Assembly (NCBI GenBank): GCA_965112735.1
Contig: OZ218952.1
Location: 2,046,001-2,110,000, forward strand
Direction: 5' to 3'
Origin: Phaeosaccion multiseriatum
Lineage: Eukaryota > Protista > Ochrophyta, other classes
Length of the DNA: 64,000 bases
Notes under the pieces: model-generated
The model's database searches: none
Told to the model about the DNA's origin: nothing
Seen by the model: only the letters and a program-made list of their open reading frames with translations
Shown: in pieces, positions 26,922 to 39,700 of the stretch
How positions within the stretch are numbered: the stretch's first letter is position 1
How the letters are laid out: each line of letters starts with the position of its first letter
Made by a program: the position numbers and the translations under genes

Positions 26922-29286
26922 ACGCACACACACTCAACACACACACCTGCGGACGGGTGAGGCTGCTCACAGTGCTCGAAATGGCGCCAAACTTCGTGCT
27001 GCGGTGGGTGCGTGCGTGGGGATGGGATGGCAGCGGAAGGGCACGAGATGGTAGTGGATGGGGAGGGAGCGGTTAGAGCCACACGGTATAGAGTGGCGGG
27101 TCGGGGAGGGGGTGCCGTTCAGGGCAGGGCTGCTGACACAGAAGAGAGGGAGAGGCGTCCACATCTACCTACCCTCTTTTCTCATCTCCTCCTCCTCCTC
27201 CTCCTCCTCCTCCTCCTCCTCCTCCTCCTCCTCTGCCTCCTCCTCCTCCCCCTCCTCCTCCTCATCTCACTCACTCGTTTCGATACTGGCAGGCACCCTC
27301 CCCTTCCCCTTTTTCCAAACAAAGGAACGGGTGCCATCGTACCACGCCTCCCAACGACACATTGGCCTCTTGTCAAAGCCCCCTGACTGCCCCAAAAAAA
27401 CGTTTCGTCACGATGTATCCTAACACGTAAGTACTACTACGTAAGTACCTATCTGGGAAGGCCCTGTCCAAGTTGGCCATGTAGTCAACAAGGCAACCCA
27501 TGAAGGTGGCGGTGGGGTACAGTAACAGCACGGAGGGGTCCTCTGAAACGAGTTCGCGCCCGAGCACCTGGTGGTGGGGGAAGAGGGGGAGGATGATGAT
27601 GATGATGATGGGGAGGAGGAGTAGGAGGAGGTGGTGGTGGTGGAGGAGGAGTAGGAGGAGGAGGATAATGATGATGATGATGAAGAGGAGGAGGATAATG
27701 ATGATGATGATGAAGAGGAGGAGGAAAATGATGATGATGATGACGATGATGAGGATGAGGAGGTGGTGGTGGAGGAGGAGGATATGATGATGAGGAGGAG
27801 GAGGATGAGGATGATGATGATGATGATAATGATACGGTGATGATGATGAGAAGGAAAAGGAAGATGATGATGATGAGGATGAGGATGAGGGGATCCTCCG
27901 CTTCTGGGCTTGCCTCGCCAACCCTTTCTCTCCTTCCCATCGGTTGCCATCCCCCTCCATTCTTCCTTCCCTCTTCTCTCCTCGACAAAAAAAACCGCTC
28001 CCCACCCCCTTTCTGCTCCTTCCCCCCCCCCCGGTATGCAACGTGATTACGATATAATGCCTGGTCCTGCATTCCACCTGATATCATCTTTCTTCTAAAT
28101 CCATGCCTTATCCAATGCCTTACGCATCCCCTGCCATACGCCTACCATATGCCTCATCTACGTCTTCCTTACTCCTAATCTTACCTCGACCTAGCCCCTA
28201 ACACTCACGTACCTACTTACGTACCTGTCTCCTAATGTCATCAACGGAGTCGTCGAGCTCCGGCAGATCGAACCCGTCCGTGCCCACCGTGAAGGGCTTG
28301 ACAGTGACTCCGGGGAGCGAAGCGAAGGTCACGCTGAGGCCCGCTTGGTTCTCCACCTCCACGCCTTTCCCCCTCCTCATGCCCACCACGCCGGACCCCG
28401 TGCTGCCCATCACGTAGCGGAGACCAGGTAGCCTGTTGGTTGGGTGTGTTGTGGGTGTGTTGGGTGTATGTGTGTTTGCATGGTGTCACAGACGGCAGGA
28501 TGGTGGGTGGCATAGATACATACAGATGAGAGGGTGGGCGCGCACACACACACCCGAAGAGAGGCCAACCAATCCAACGTCAGGGCGGAGCTGGATCCGA
28601 TGGATCTGTATATAGTTAGTTCACTGCTTTGCAAAGTGTTGTGTTGGCAAAGCATCCCCACAGGACAGGGTCCACACGCCCGCATTCACACACCTTTCCC
28701 TGAGCTCCGTGACGACCTTGTTCAAGGACCCCTGGCTGCCGTAGATGGAGCTCACGTGCACAATGGCAAGGTCAATCTTGGGGCCCTCGCCCCCCAACCC
28801 AGCCTTGACAGCCTTCTTCGCCACTATCTCGATGGCCTCGCTGAGGTCGCCCGAGGTGGACAGGGCAGACACCCATATGTGTGGAGGGGCGAGGCCATCC
28901 GCTCCCAGAGCTGGTGTCGGAAGGGCTGATGTCGTCTCTGCCCCGTCTTCGTCCCCCTCTGCTGTAGAGGAAAGAGGTCGTCCTGGTCTGCTTGACCTCT
29001 CCATCCTCCAGGATGCAAACCCCTTCCTCAATGCGGAATGCCGCCGCGCTGGGCCTGTTGCCCATCCCCCTCGTCTTCCTTCGCCTGCTACTGCTGCTGC
29101 TGCTGCTGTTGTTGTTGTTGCTGGTGCTGCTACCCCTCCTCTATGGCAACTGGCGCTGCCTCTCCCAGCTCCGAGAGATAGCGTGAAGCCCTCCACGGTG
29201 CCATTGAGGAACGCAATCGCCGTCACCACAGTCGCTGCTGCTACTATAGTAGCGCGGCCTGGCCCCCTCCTACGTCGCTCCATCAT
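21532..29286 (-). CDS. Predicted plastid-targeted FIST (FIST_N + FIST_C) / IGPS (TrpC)-like fusion protein, probably a pseudoenzyme; 15 exons
   Basis: Phase-consistent exons 29286-28694, 28432-28225, 27567-27449, 26998-26947, 26705-26643, 26366-26250, 26103-25945, 25557-25456, 25257-25066, 24755-24338, 23965-23835, 23677-23573, 23351-23130, 22609-22508, 22134-22069 and 21798-21532 (16 coding segments as listed). FIST motifs: [91 protein letters not shown] motifs: [63 protein letters not shown]. Confidence 0.85.
22710..23128. repeat. Heptamer tandem repeat (TACCCYA)n at the donor end of a minus-strand intron
   Basis: Directly visible. Confidence 0.9.
25578..25793. repeat. (GGGTA)n pentamer array at the acceptor end of a minus-strand intron
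   Basis: Directly visible. Confidence 0.95.
27575..27890. repeat. Compound (GAT)n/(GAG)n trinucleotide array, intronic
   Basis: Directly visible. Confidence 0.9.
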
Positions 29287-29477
29287 CCTCTCAGCAAGCA
29301 AGGGGGGAGGAGAAGGCGAGAAGAGGGAAGCAAAAAAGGATTGACCGCCGGCGTCGGAAAAGGTCCTGACACCTGACACTCCTAGATCAAGAAGGTCGAG
29401 CAGATCGATGAAAGCGCAGGCAATGGAGGCGCCTTAGCACCGCTAATTGATCTCCTTATCTCACGCTGTCCCGTACG
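29287..29477. promoter_or_regulatory. Probable compact bidirectional promoter between the FIST-IGPS gene and the TBC gene
   Basis: Divergent predicted start codons at 29286 (-) and 29478 (+) with only 191 repeat-free bp between them. Confidence 0.55.
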
Positions 29478-30091
29478 ATGAGTGGAGACGAGCAGCCCTC
29501 GGTGGAGGAAGTGACGAAGACGCTCACAGCGTTGTTATTAGAGAACCCCGTCGATCTGGACAAGCTTCGGTATGTGTGTGTGTGATTTGTGCATCGCGCT
29601 TGATGCAAACTGTACGAACAAAAGACAGAGTTTCCCGAGTAGCAGGCGCTTGATGTGCCGCTGGAGAAGAGAAGAATCAAATCCCGCCTGCTTGAGAGGC
29701 CGTTGGTCATTTCCATAGGATGCAGAGCGGGAATATGGTAGCCCCCCCCTCACCCTACACGTTGAGTATGTATGCACAGCAGCATAGAAGTGAGCATATG
29801 AACTACTTGCTCAACAAGAGCGAACGCCTCTCCCTCCCTTTATTCCTTCCTTCCTTCTGTGATGTGTGTATGGACGTGGCAGGGCACTCTCCTGGCAGCG
29901 TGGGGGCTTTCAAACCCACGAGCTAAGGTGCAAGGCGTGGCCAAAGCTGCTTGGAGTAGACAGGCACGACCTCGAGGACCATAGGGGCTACCTTAAGCAA
30001 CAGAAGGACCATCCGCAGGTCAGTGAGGGAGCTCAGGGAGGTCAGGGCTGGCTGCTGTTGCCGCCCGCAGCAGACAGCGTAATGGAGAGAG

Positions 30092-30147
<56 letters not shown>

Positions 30148-33100
30148 CGGGCTTTGATCGGAGTGCGTTGGAAATTAAATCCACACAGCATTGTGCGGAG
30201 GGAGGGAGGGGCTGGGGTGGTGCTGTTTGTAACCAAACTATGTATAAACGGGTGGTGCTTTTCTTCCTTCCTTCCTTCCTTCCTTCCTTCCTTCCTTCCT
30301 TCCTTCCTTCCTTCCTTCCCTGCTTCGGCAATGCCGCGCGTACTCACAAGGAGCTCTCACAACACAATTCCATACAATAACAACACGTGCGTGTTAGAGA
30401 GAGAGGGGCCACCACACCTCTTTGCCCACCTCTTCTTACCCCCTTCCACCATCTCATCTCTCTTCCTTCTCTCCTCTCCCCTCTCCTCTCCCCTCTCCCC
30501 CAGACCGACCAAATCGGGCGAGACATTGACCGTGCTCTCACGCACTTCTCGCACACGCGGAGGTGGAAACGGCCGCACAGAGAAGCGCGTCGCTTGCATC
30601 TTGCCGCCGTCATTAAGTGCGTCGTGTGCAAGCATAAGGATAAGCTCTTCTATTATCAAGGTGAGGAGGGAGGGAGGCAGGCAGGGATGGAGGGACGGAC
30701 GGAGTGGGGGATTTAGAGAGGGAAGAGAGACAGAGAGGGAGGGATAGAGAGTTAGGGGGGGGGGCGAGAGTAGGGTTGGGAAGGGGCGGGTGGGAGCAAG
30801 GGCATGAGGGGGGGAGACGGATGAATCGGCACCGGCATATGTGAGCCCCCCCCCCCCCCTCCCACGCACACGCTCCACCCTTAAATATCACGCCATCGTC
30901 CGTATCGTATTCACCGTCCCACGTTCACGCGCGTGTCACTTCCTCTCTCCATTCCCGCTCTCTCTCTCTCTTTGCACCCTCACCCTCACCTCACGTCAGG
31001 CTACCACGATGTGATCAGCGTGCTCCTCCTCATCCTTCGAGAGGAGGGTCTGACCTTTGCCCTGGCAGAGAGGCTGAGCCTGACGTACCTGCGAGACAGC
31101 ATGCGCTCCGACTTCCACGCCTTGACGCTGGTGCTGCAGATCCTTCCCGTCATCATACACCACTTCGACAAGGATCTGAGTGTCTTCATCAAGCGGTCTT
31201 CGGTGAGAGGGGAGGAGGAGGAGGAGGAAGACGAGGTGGAAGGGAGGGAGGGAGGAAGATGAGGAGGACGAGGTGGGGGGGGGGGGGTTGTCTTTCATTC
31301 TTCGGTGGGAATTTTCCCGCGCTCCACACATTCTTTTGTGTGTGTGTGTTAACTCTCTTTCCTCTGCTACCCTCTTCCCTGTACTGTTCTCTGCTGTCCT
31401 CTGCCCTCCGCCCTCTGCACCATTCATTGCCTTACTCGCGGCGCAGGTGGAGCCTTTCTACGCGCTGCCGTGGGTCATCACGGTGAGAGAGTGAGATGGC
31501 AGTAGAGGACGCTCCGTTCCTTCCGTGCTTCCTTCCTTCCTTCCTTCCTTCCTTCCTTCCTTCCTTCGTTCGTTCGTTCGTTCCTTCCTTCCTTCCTTCC
31601 TCCTTCCTTCCTTCCTTCCTTCCTTCCTTCCTTCCTTCCTTCCCTCCTTCCCTCCTTCCCTCCTTCCTTCCTTCCTTCCTTCTTCCTTCCTTCCTTCCTT
31701 CCTTCCTTCCTTCCTTCCTTCGTTCTCACTGACGTACTAGCGGCTACCCACCGTCTCATCACCACCCTTACGTCTTAATGCATCCCTGTGCTCCTCGCCC
31801 CCCCCCCTCACGGCCTGCCTGCCTACCATTTACCTGCCTCCCTTCCACTGCCATCCTTCATCTGTAATTGAAGTGGTTCGCGCACGACCTCCCGGAGATG
31901 GACTGCGTGGCGCGTCTCTACGACGCCTTACTTGGCTCCCACCCCCTCACCTGCCTCTACCTCTCCGCGGCTCTCGTGCTCAGCAAGGTGTGTGCAGGCC
32001 AGGCAGGCAGGCAGGCAAGGAGGCAGGCACGCAGGCTCTCTCCGCGGACATCCCTAACGCCTTCACAGGCCTCCAGAAGGCCTTCATAGGCTCCCAATAG
32101 GCCTTCAGAGGCCACGTGGGCACACGGGAGAAATCAGGCAACTCATCTCCCCCTCCTCGTTTTCCCCATCCTCCCCTCCTCCCCCTCCTCCTCCTCCTCC
32201 TCCTCCTCCTGTATCACCACCTGCTGCACAAAGGGATCCGAGGTTATGCAGCAGGAGTGTGAGTTCTCAGCTGTCCACAACGCTTTGGCGCATTTGCCTG
32301 TCTCGGTTGATGGCAGTGGATGGGAGGGGCTGCTGCAGGACACGTGTGGATTGATGGATGCGTTCCCCCCGCATAAGTTGGTCAAGAAGCTCGATGGGCC
32401 CCTTAGGAGAGAGCTGGAGGTGAGGCGAAGGGAGAGTTGGGGGAGGGGAGGGGAGGGGAGGGGGAGAGGAGGGAGGGAGGGAGGGAGGGGGAGGGAAGGG
32501 CGGCGAGAGGAGGGAGGAGGAGGAGGAAGGTGAGGGGGAGAGGAGGGAGGGAGGCAGTGAAGGGATGAGGGCGTTTGTTGTCTGTTAAAGCTTACCGACA
32601 ACGGCACTGGGCCGGAAAGAAGCAAGTAGGTGGGGGTGATTTGGCGGAGCTGAGCGAGGGGCGCTCGAGTGATTGGTCGACAGACAGAGAGTGGTGCAGG
32701 AATGGAGAGGGTGCATCGTGTATAGGGCATACGACAGTTGCGAGGTGGTGGTGTCGCATGCCTGACCCCCACCGCCATCCGCTGCCATCCTCCTCCTTCT
32801 CCCCTGCCCTTCCTGCCCCCCTTCCTTCCCTGCCTCTCCCTCCCCTTCTTCTCTCTCCCTCCCTCTCCTCCTCTCAACAGGCGATGGAATGTGCCTACCT
32901 CGTGCACCCCCCCGCAGAGTGGTTTCAGGCGAGCGTCGCCCCGGATCACCAACTGCTGGGGGAGAAGCGCAGTCGGCAAGGCAAGCCGGCCACCAAACGC
33001 TCCAAGCGCACTCGGGCCCTCGACAAGGAAATGCAAGCAGCTGAAGCAGCCGCCCTTCACTACGGCAGGAACTATCAGCACCGGGCCTTGGGAGGTACGG

Positions 33101-33303
33101 CTCGTGCCTCGGCGCCGTGGATGACCGAGGATCAGAGCGGTTTCGGTAGCCTCTTCGGGGGTTTCGGTGGCAGTTTCGGTGGCGATTTCGGCGACGGTTT
33201 CAAAAGGAAAGCGTGGCTGCTGACCACGGCTGCGGGAGTGGCGGTCGCTGCCGTGTCTGTGGCGCTGAGCTTATCTGCCCTCCCAGGAGATGCGACGGTG
33301 TGA
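29478..33303 (+). CDS. TBC1D20: TBC-domain Rab GTPase-activating protein, TBC1D20/Gyp8-like, with C-terminal membrane anchor; 8 exons
   Basis: Exons 29478-29569, 29883-30018, 30504-30660, 31000-31202, 31447-31482, 31874-31987, 32234-32419 and 32881-33303. Motifs GGFQTHELRCKAWPKLLG, R-finger QIGRDIDRA, Q-finger FYYQGYHDV, FYALPWVITWFAHDL, RLYDALLGSHPL, C-terminal hydrophobic WLLTTAAGVAVAAVSVALSL. Confidence 0.9.
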
Positions 33304-34870
33304 CGTGTGACGAGGAGGGAGGGGCGAGGGGGGATGGGCTCGCTTGTGAATCAGCAGCCAAGGGAGGGGAGGCGAGGGGGTAGGGAGGTTGGTTGCAGTT
33401 GGTTGCGTCCTTGCCAAGGTGTGCCTTGTGTGCCTGCCCTACCGCCCGTTACAGAAGAATCGAGAGAGAGAGAGGATCTGAGCTGACCCTACCGCCGCTC
33501 GGTCGGTCCCTTTAGCCGCCGGCAGCGGGGCGGACAGACGAACGGGAGACAATTCTTGGGAGTTTGGCCGCACTTTGATCAGAGAAGAGAAGAGAAGAGA
33601 AGAGAAGAGAAGAAGCGTGCGGGGGATGCTCTCCCTCCCTCTCTCTCTGATCAATGCCTGGCGTCATATCGGCATCATATCGGCATCATATCGGCATCAT
33701 ATGGGCGTCATGATGTGATGCTGTGTTCAGCGCGGGTCCCGACACCCGAGGCTCGGTGGCTCAGGGGCGCAACAGCAGCCGACGCGGCTGCCATCTGCTG
33801 CCATTGGGTCCGTCACAGCTCAGCAGGACGCGTAGCACCACAGCACAGTATGTGGGGAGTGTATGGGGTGAGGGGCCAACCAACCCCAGGGCGAGGCATG
33901 CATTGAAGACAGTCGTGGGGTGGCCTGCTGTCCAGAGCAGCAGCGCTCCCTTCCCCGCTCCACTCCTCCCTCCTTCCGCCTCTCCCTCCAGAGACACTGG
34001 ACAGTGTGGGAGGGTATGGGACGGGATGGAATGCATGGGATCGGGCAACGCATGGAGGGAGAGGGAGAGGCAGGCACGTGCCACCATCATCATCATGGCC
34101 CGAGCACTCACGCGCACACCCACACGTATGGTGCCCAGTGTACAAGCCTAGACTTGTGGTCTGTGATGATGTGGAGGTACTGTGGGGTATCGATCGCGGC
34201 TTTGATTTCTTGGGACGCGAGGAAAACAGGTTCCGCAACGGAATCATGGACACAACAGCTGCTCAGCTTGAGCAGCAGAGATGGAAGGAAAGACAAAGGC
34301 ATGCGAGATGGGGGGGAGAGGAGAGCGAGTCCTTGACAAGCTCCTTTGTTTGTATGGTCGTCAGCCAACTGATTGACTGATAGACTGATAGACAGGCGGG
34401 CACCTACCCACACGGACGGGCGGAGCAAGCATTCCGTGAGGACTGAGGAGGGGTGGAGCTACTGAACATCGAGCGAGGAGCGAGCAGTGAGGAGTGAGGA
34501 GGAGTAGAGTTATGAGGAGTACCGTAGGGCTCTGATGTTTGTCTCAGGGCCGCCCACTCTGCGCTGGCCCTGCCCTTCCGTCAGTCCATGACTTAATGAC
34601 TTACGCACAGTCACGTTCAGTTTCAGTTTACTGAGGGCTACACGCGACTTGGGCTCCTCAGGAAAGGGCCAAGTGGGCCGAGAAGAGACGGGGTTGAGGC
34701 TTTACCTCCTCTTTGTAAGAAAGTGGGCACACGATACGGAAGTGGTGGGTAAAGAAGAGAATTGGTGGATCTTTCGGTTTCATGTCTACAATACAGTAAG
34801 TCAGGGGGACACTCAGCGTTTCCCCCCTCAGTGATAAATCATATACATGTAGCTCAGCAGGAAAGCCACA

Positions 34871-36369
34871 ATGAATGTGGAATCAAAGAGGCGGGCCAAG
34901 CTTGTCTTGGCCCTCTACATTAATGGCGTCACCTACGATTTTGGGAAGAAGTGCGAGTTCTGCGACGATGAGGTGATTCTGCCTCTCTCCCCCCTCTCCT
35001 CCTGCCCTTCCCTCCTCTCGGTTTCTCTCTCTTCCTTCTCTCCGTCTTTCTCTCCTCCTGTCTTCCTTCTCTCCGTCTCTCCCGTCGTTTTCTTCTTCTC
35101 TCCACCTTCTCTTCATCTCTCACACTCTCTCTCTTTCTCTCTCTTCCCTTCCTCTCCCTCTCTCTCCCTCTCTCTCCTTCGCTCTCTGTTTACATCCCTC
35201 CCTCTCTTCCGCATCCCTCCCCCTCTTCCGTCTCTCTGCTCTCCCTGCACCTCTCTCTGTCCCATCTCCCTCTCTCTCCTTTGCTCTCTCTCTCCCTCCC
35301 TGATTTTTGTACCCACCTTCTACCAAACTCCACAGGTGGCCACGCGGCACTGCCCCTCCGACCGCTGCGGCTTTGTGTGTGACACTTGCGATGGCTACCG
35401 CCATAACAACTCCCTCAATCCAGAGTACATGCTCCACGAGCGAGCAAAGGTTTCGAAATATGACATTCCCGGTGCAGGCTTTGCCATACAGGTCTGTCAC
35501 CTTACACACTTATGCAAAGGCGCCTGCTTGCGGGGTGCCGGGTGCGGGTGCAGAAAGAAAAGAGGAGGGGGCTCTGTTGGAAGAAGTCTTGATTCTTCAC
35601 CATAGCCTACTTGCTGCTTGTAGTGCTTGAAGGGAAGGAAGCGGGGAAAGAGCGGGGACTGAAATGGAAGAGGGGAAGAGAGGCAGGGCTTCCTCTAACT
35701 CACTCACTCACTCACTCACTCACTCACTCACTCACTCACTCACTCACTCACTCACTCACTCACCCACTCACTCACTCACTCACTCACTCACTCACTCACT
35801 CACTCACTCACTCACTCACTCACTCACTCACTCACTCACTCACTCACTCACTCACTCACTCACTCACTCACTCACTCACTCACTCACTCACTCACTCACT
35901 CACTCACTCACTCACTCACTCACTCACTCACTCACTCACTCACTCACTCACTCACTCACTCACTCACTCACTCACTCACTCACTCACTCACTCACTCACT
36001 CACTCACTCACTCACTCACTCACTCACTCACTCACTCACTCACTCACTCACTCACTCACTCACTCACTCTTTAATTTTCTTACTCACTTCTTAACTCATT
36101 GATTTATGCACTTACTCACTCAATCTCTTCTCTTCTGTTCCCCACCCATTTCGATCGTCGGCAGGGCTTCTTCCGCTTCCTCTTCCACCGCCGCCAGATG
36201 CGAGAAGAGTGCCGTAGACAGTACGCTCAGTTTTATAAGCATTCAGCCCGGAGACACTACTTCTGCTTCCTAAGGACAGGTACGTACGGGCAAGAACATG
36301 GGAGGTGAAGGAACGAGCGAATGAAGCCGTCTCTACTAGCCCGATCCCTAACACTGAATGAATGATGAC

Positions 36370-36403
<34 letters not shown>

Positions 36404-36447
36404 TGGTGATGATGATGATGATGATGATGTGGTGATGATGATGATGG

Positions 36448-36483
<36 letters not shown>

Positions 36484-36596
36484 CGATGATGATGGTGATG
36501 ATGATGATGATGATGATGATGATGTGGTGATGATGATGCTGATGATGCTGATGATGCTGATGATGATGATGATGGTGAAGATGATGATGATGATGG

Positions 36597-36642
<46 letters not shown>

Positions 36643-36707
36643 GATGATGATAATGATGATGATTATAATGATGATGATGATGATGATGATGGTGATGATG
36701 GTGATGG

Positions 36708-36764
<57 letters not shown>

Positions 36765-39700
36765 CGACGATGATGATGATGACAGGAGAGGTGACTTGGA
36801 TATGTCAAGAAACCTCCTAACGAACCCTAACCGCTCAAAATGAAATAAAACGAATGATGGTGATGACGGTGACAGGTGAGGTGACATGGCACAAGCCGCT
36901 CATCATGGGCACAGAGAACCTTGTGCCGCCCCTCACGCGAAACAAGGCAGCATTCAAGATGCAGCAGCTGCATCGCAACTGGAAGGCCAGAGAGGTAGCC
37001 AGGTGAGTGGTGGGTGGTGGTGGGTTGTGAAAGGTCAGAGTCAGAGTTTGAGTTAGGCTTAGGGTTAGGCGTACTTGCCCTTGCGTCTCGTGTGTTGGTG
37101 CTGGCATGTTGCTTGCATGTGTTCCCACTGATGTATCACAAACACCACACACACACACATACAGGGAGCGCATGCGGCAATACTACGACCGCATCTACGA
37201 CCCCGACGAGCAGCGCTTCTACTACCACTACAACGGGAAGAGCCCCCTCATTGTCTTCACAGATGACGACGGCGAGGAGCAGGGGAGGGCGCGCTGGGAC
37301 AATCCTTGCAAGTCCATCGGGAGGGAGTGGGTGTGGCGACCGTTACTCACGCGCGACATGGCGGCAGTGAGGATACAGGGCATGTGGAAGGCGAGGCAGG
37401 GGAGGGTCTTTATGCGCAGCTTGGCGAGAGAGGTACGATGGAAGTTGGTGTGCTGTGCTGTGATGTGGGTGGGTGGGTGGGGGGGGGGAGAGGAAGAGAT
37501 GGGAAGGCGGTGGGGAGAGGGGGAGAGACGGCTAAGAGGGGGAGATAGAGGGAGAGAAGGGAGCGGAGAGAGAAGAAGGCGAAGAAGAGAAGCCGAAACT
37601 TTTCTTGGTGTGAGCGTGTGTGCGTGTGCGGCCCCATCTAGTCCATCTTTGGAGCCAAGAGGTGCCCGTGTGGCACCCGCCCCGCGGCTCCTATACCACC
37701 AACTGCTGCTGCTACTACGTCTCTCCTATACCACCAACTGCTGCTGCTACTACGGTCTCTCCTATACCACCAACTGCTGCTGCTACTGCGGTCTCACCAC
37801 TCACCGTGCCCGTGTTGCTCTCCCCTGTGCCCGTCCATCCACTGCCATCCATCTCTGAGGGCAGATCTTCACCCGAGGTCACGAGCCACTGACAGGCCGA
37901 ATAGTCTTCACCAACAGCATCACAGGTGTGTGCATGTTTGTGTGTTCGTGCATATGAGTGTATTGTGTGTTGTGTGAAAGTTTGTGTCTGTTTGTTTGTC
38001 TGTGCGTGGATGTGTCTCTGTGTGTGTCTGTATGTGAATATGTGTGTGTTTATGTATGCATACACATGTGTGTGTGTGCTCACATCAGTACGGCTTGGGG
38101 TGCGTGGGCAAAAGGGATTCTCGCAGTCTCTTCCTTACCTCTCCCGCTCTCTCTCTCTTGCTTTGTCTCTAACACACACACTCTCTCTCTTCCCCTCTCT
38201 CTTCCCCTCTCTCTTCCCCTGTCTTCCTCTCCCTCCCTCCCTCCCTCCCTCCCTCCCTCCCTCCCTCCCTCCCTCCCTCCCTCCCTCCCTCCCTCCCTCC
38301 CTCCCTCCCTCCCTCCCTCCCTCCCTCCCTCCCTCCCTCCCTCTGCCCCCCTGCCCCCCCCCCCCCGGTCCCCGCCCTCCTTCCTCCAGGCCAATCCATT
38401 AAACACCAGCCCCTGACCCTCGGATCTGAGCGGTGGGACCCTGTTGACATCATGCAGTGGTCAGTAGCCGACGTACTGCTCTTCATTCGCCGCTGTGGCC
38501 TCAAGAAGCATGTTTTCGCCTTCAAGTTGATGAAGGTGAGAGGGACTGAAAGCGAGAGAGAGAGAGAGGGGGTCAAATATAGAGAGAGCGTAAGAAGAAG
38601 AAGAGGAGGAAGGCAAGGGAGAGAAGGATGGGAGGCTATTTGGAGTGGAAGCAAGGGCATCTCATCGAACTGATCAATACTCCTTCCCTTGCTTCCTTCC
38701 TTGCTTCCTTCCTCCCTTCCTTCCTTCCTTCCTTCCTTCCTTCCTTCCTTCCTTCCTTCCTTCCTTCCTTCCTTCCTTCCTTCCTTCCTTCCTTCCTTCC
38801 TTCCTTCCTTCCTTCCTTCTTTCCTTCCTTCCTTCCTTCCTTCCTTCCTTCCTTACCTCCTCCCTTCCTCCCTTCTTCCTTCCTTCCTTCCTCTCTGGTG
38901 CTTGTAGGTGGACGGACCGCTTTTGCTGACCTTCGATCCTGAGGACTTTGAGGCGCTGGGGGTGACCAACACCATCAGCATGAAGAAGGTCGGAGGGAGG
39001 GAGGTTGGGACGGAGAGGGAGAGACAGGGGGGGAGGGGCGGGGCGTATATGGGCAGCAGGCGCAAAAAGGGAAAGCTCAGGGCCCTCGCAACTCTCTCAC
39101 GCTCTCTGTCTTCTCTCTCTCTCCCGCTCTCTCGCTCTCTCTTTCTGTCTCTGTCTCGCTCTTCTCTCTCACGCTCTCTCTCTTCTCTCTCTCCCACACA
39201 CACACACGCACACACACAAACACACACGCACACACACAAACACACGCGTGCACGCACACACACACACACATAACCGCCCAACAGATTTTGCTCTGCATCG
39301 AGAAGCACGCTGGCTTCTCGGGCTACAACACCAACCCCAGAGACATCGTGCGGCGCTCAGCACTGCGCAAGTGGACCCGAGAGAGACTCATGGCAATCAT
39401 GCTACAGGTAAGGGGGGGGGGAGAGGGGGATGGCAGTGGATGGGGGGGGGGGGGGGATGGCAGTAGCAGGGTAGATGGAGCGAACTCTCCCGCTCTGCTT
39501 TCCCTGCCCTGCACTGCTCTAGACAATGGGTTCGTCTGCGCTACATCACGCAGTCATCATCTCAATCATCTCAACGCTCTCTTTCGCTCTCTGCTCTCTC
39601 CTATCTCTTCTCTCTTCTCTCTTTGCTCCCTCTCTCTCTGTGCCTCTCTCTTACCTCTCTCTCTCCCCCCTCTCTATCTCCCTCCCTCCCTCCCTCTCCC

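Noticed and set aside
33556-34428. Several 100-140 aa ORFs between the TBC and B-box genes
   Set aside because: No recognisable domain or consistent splice pattern; overlapping ORFs are expected at this GC content
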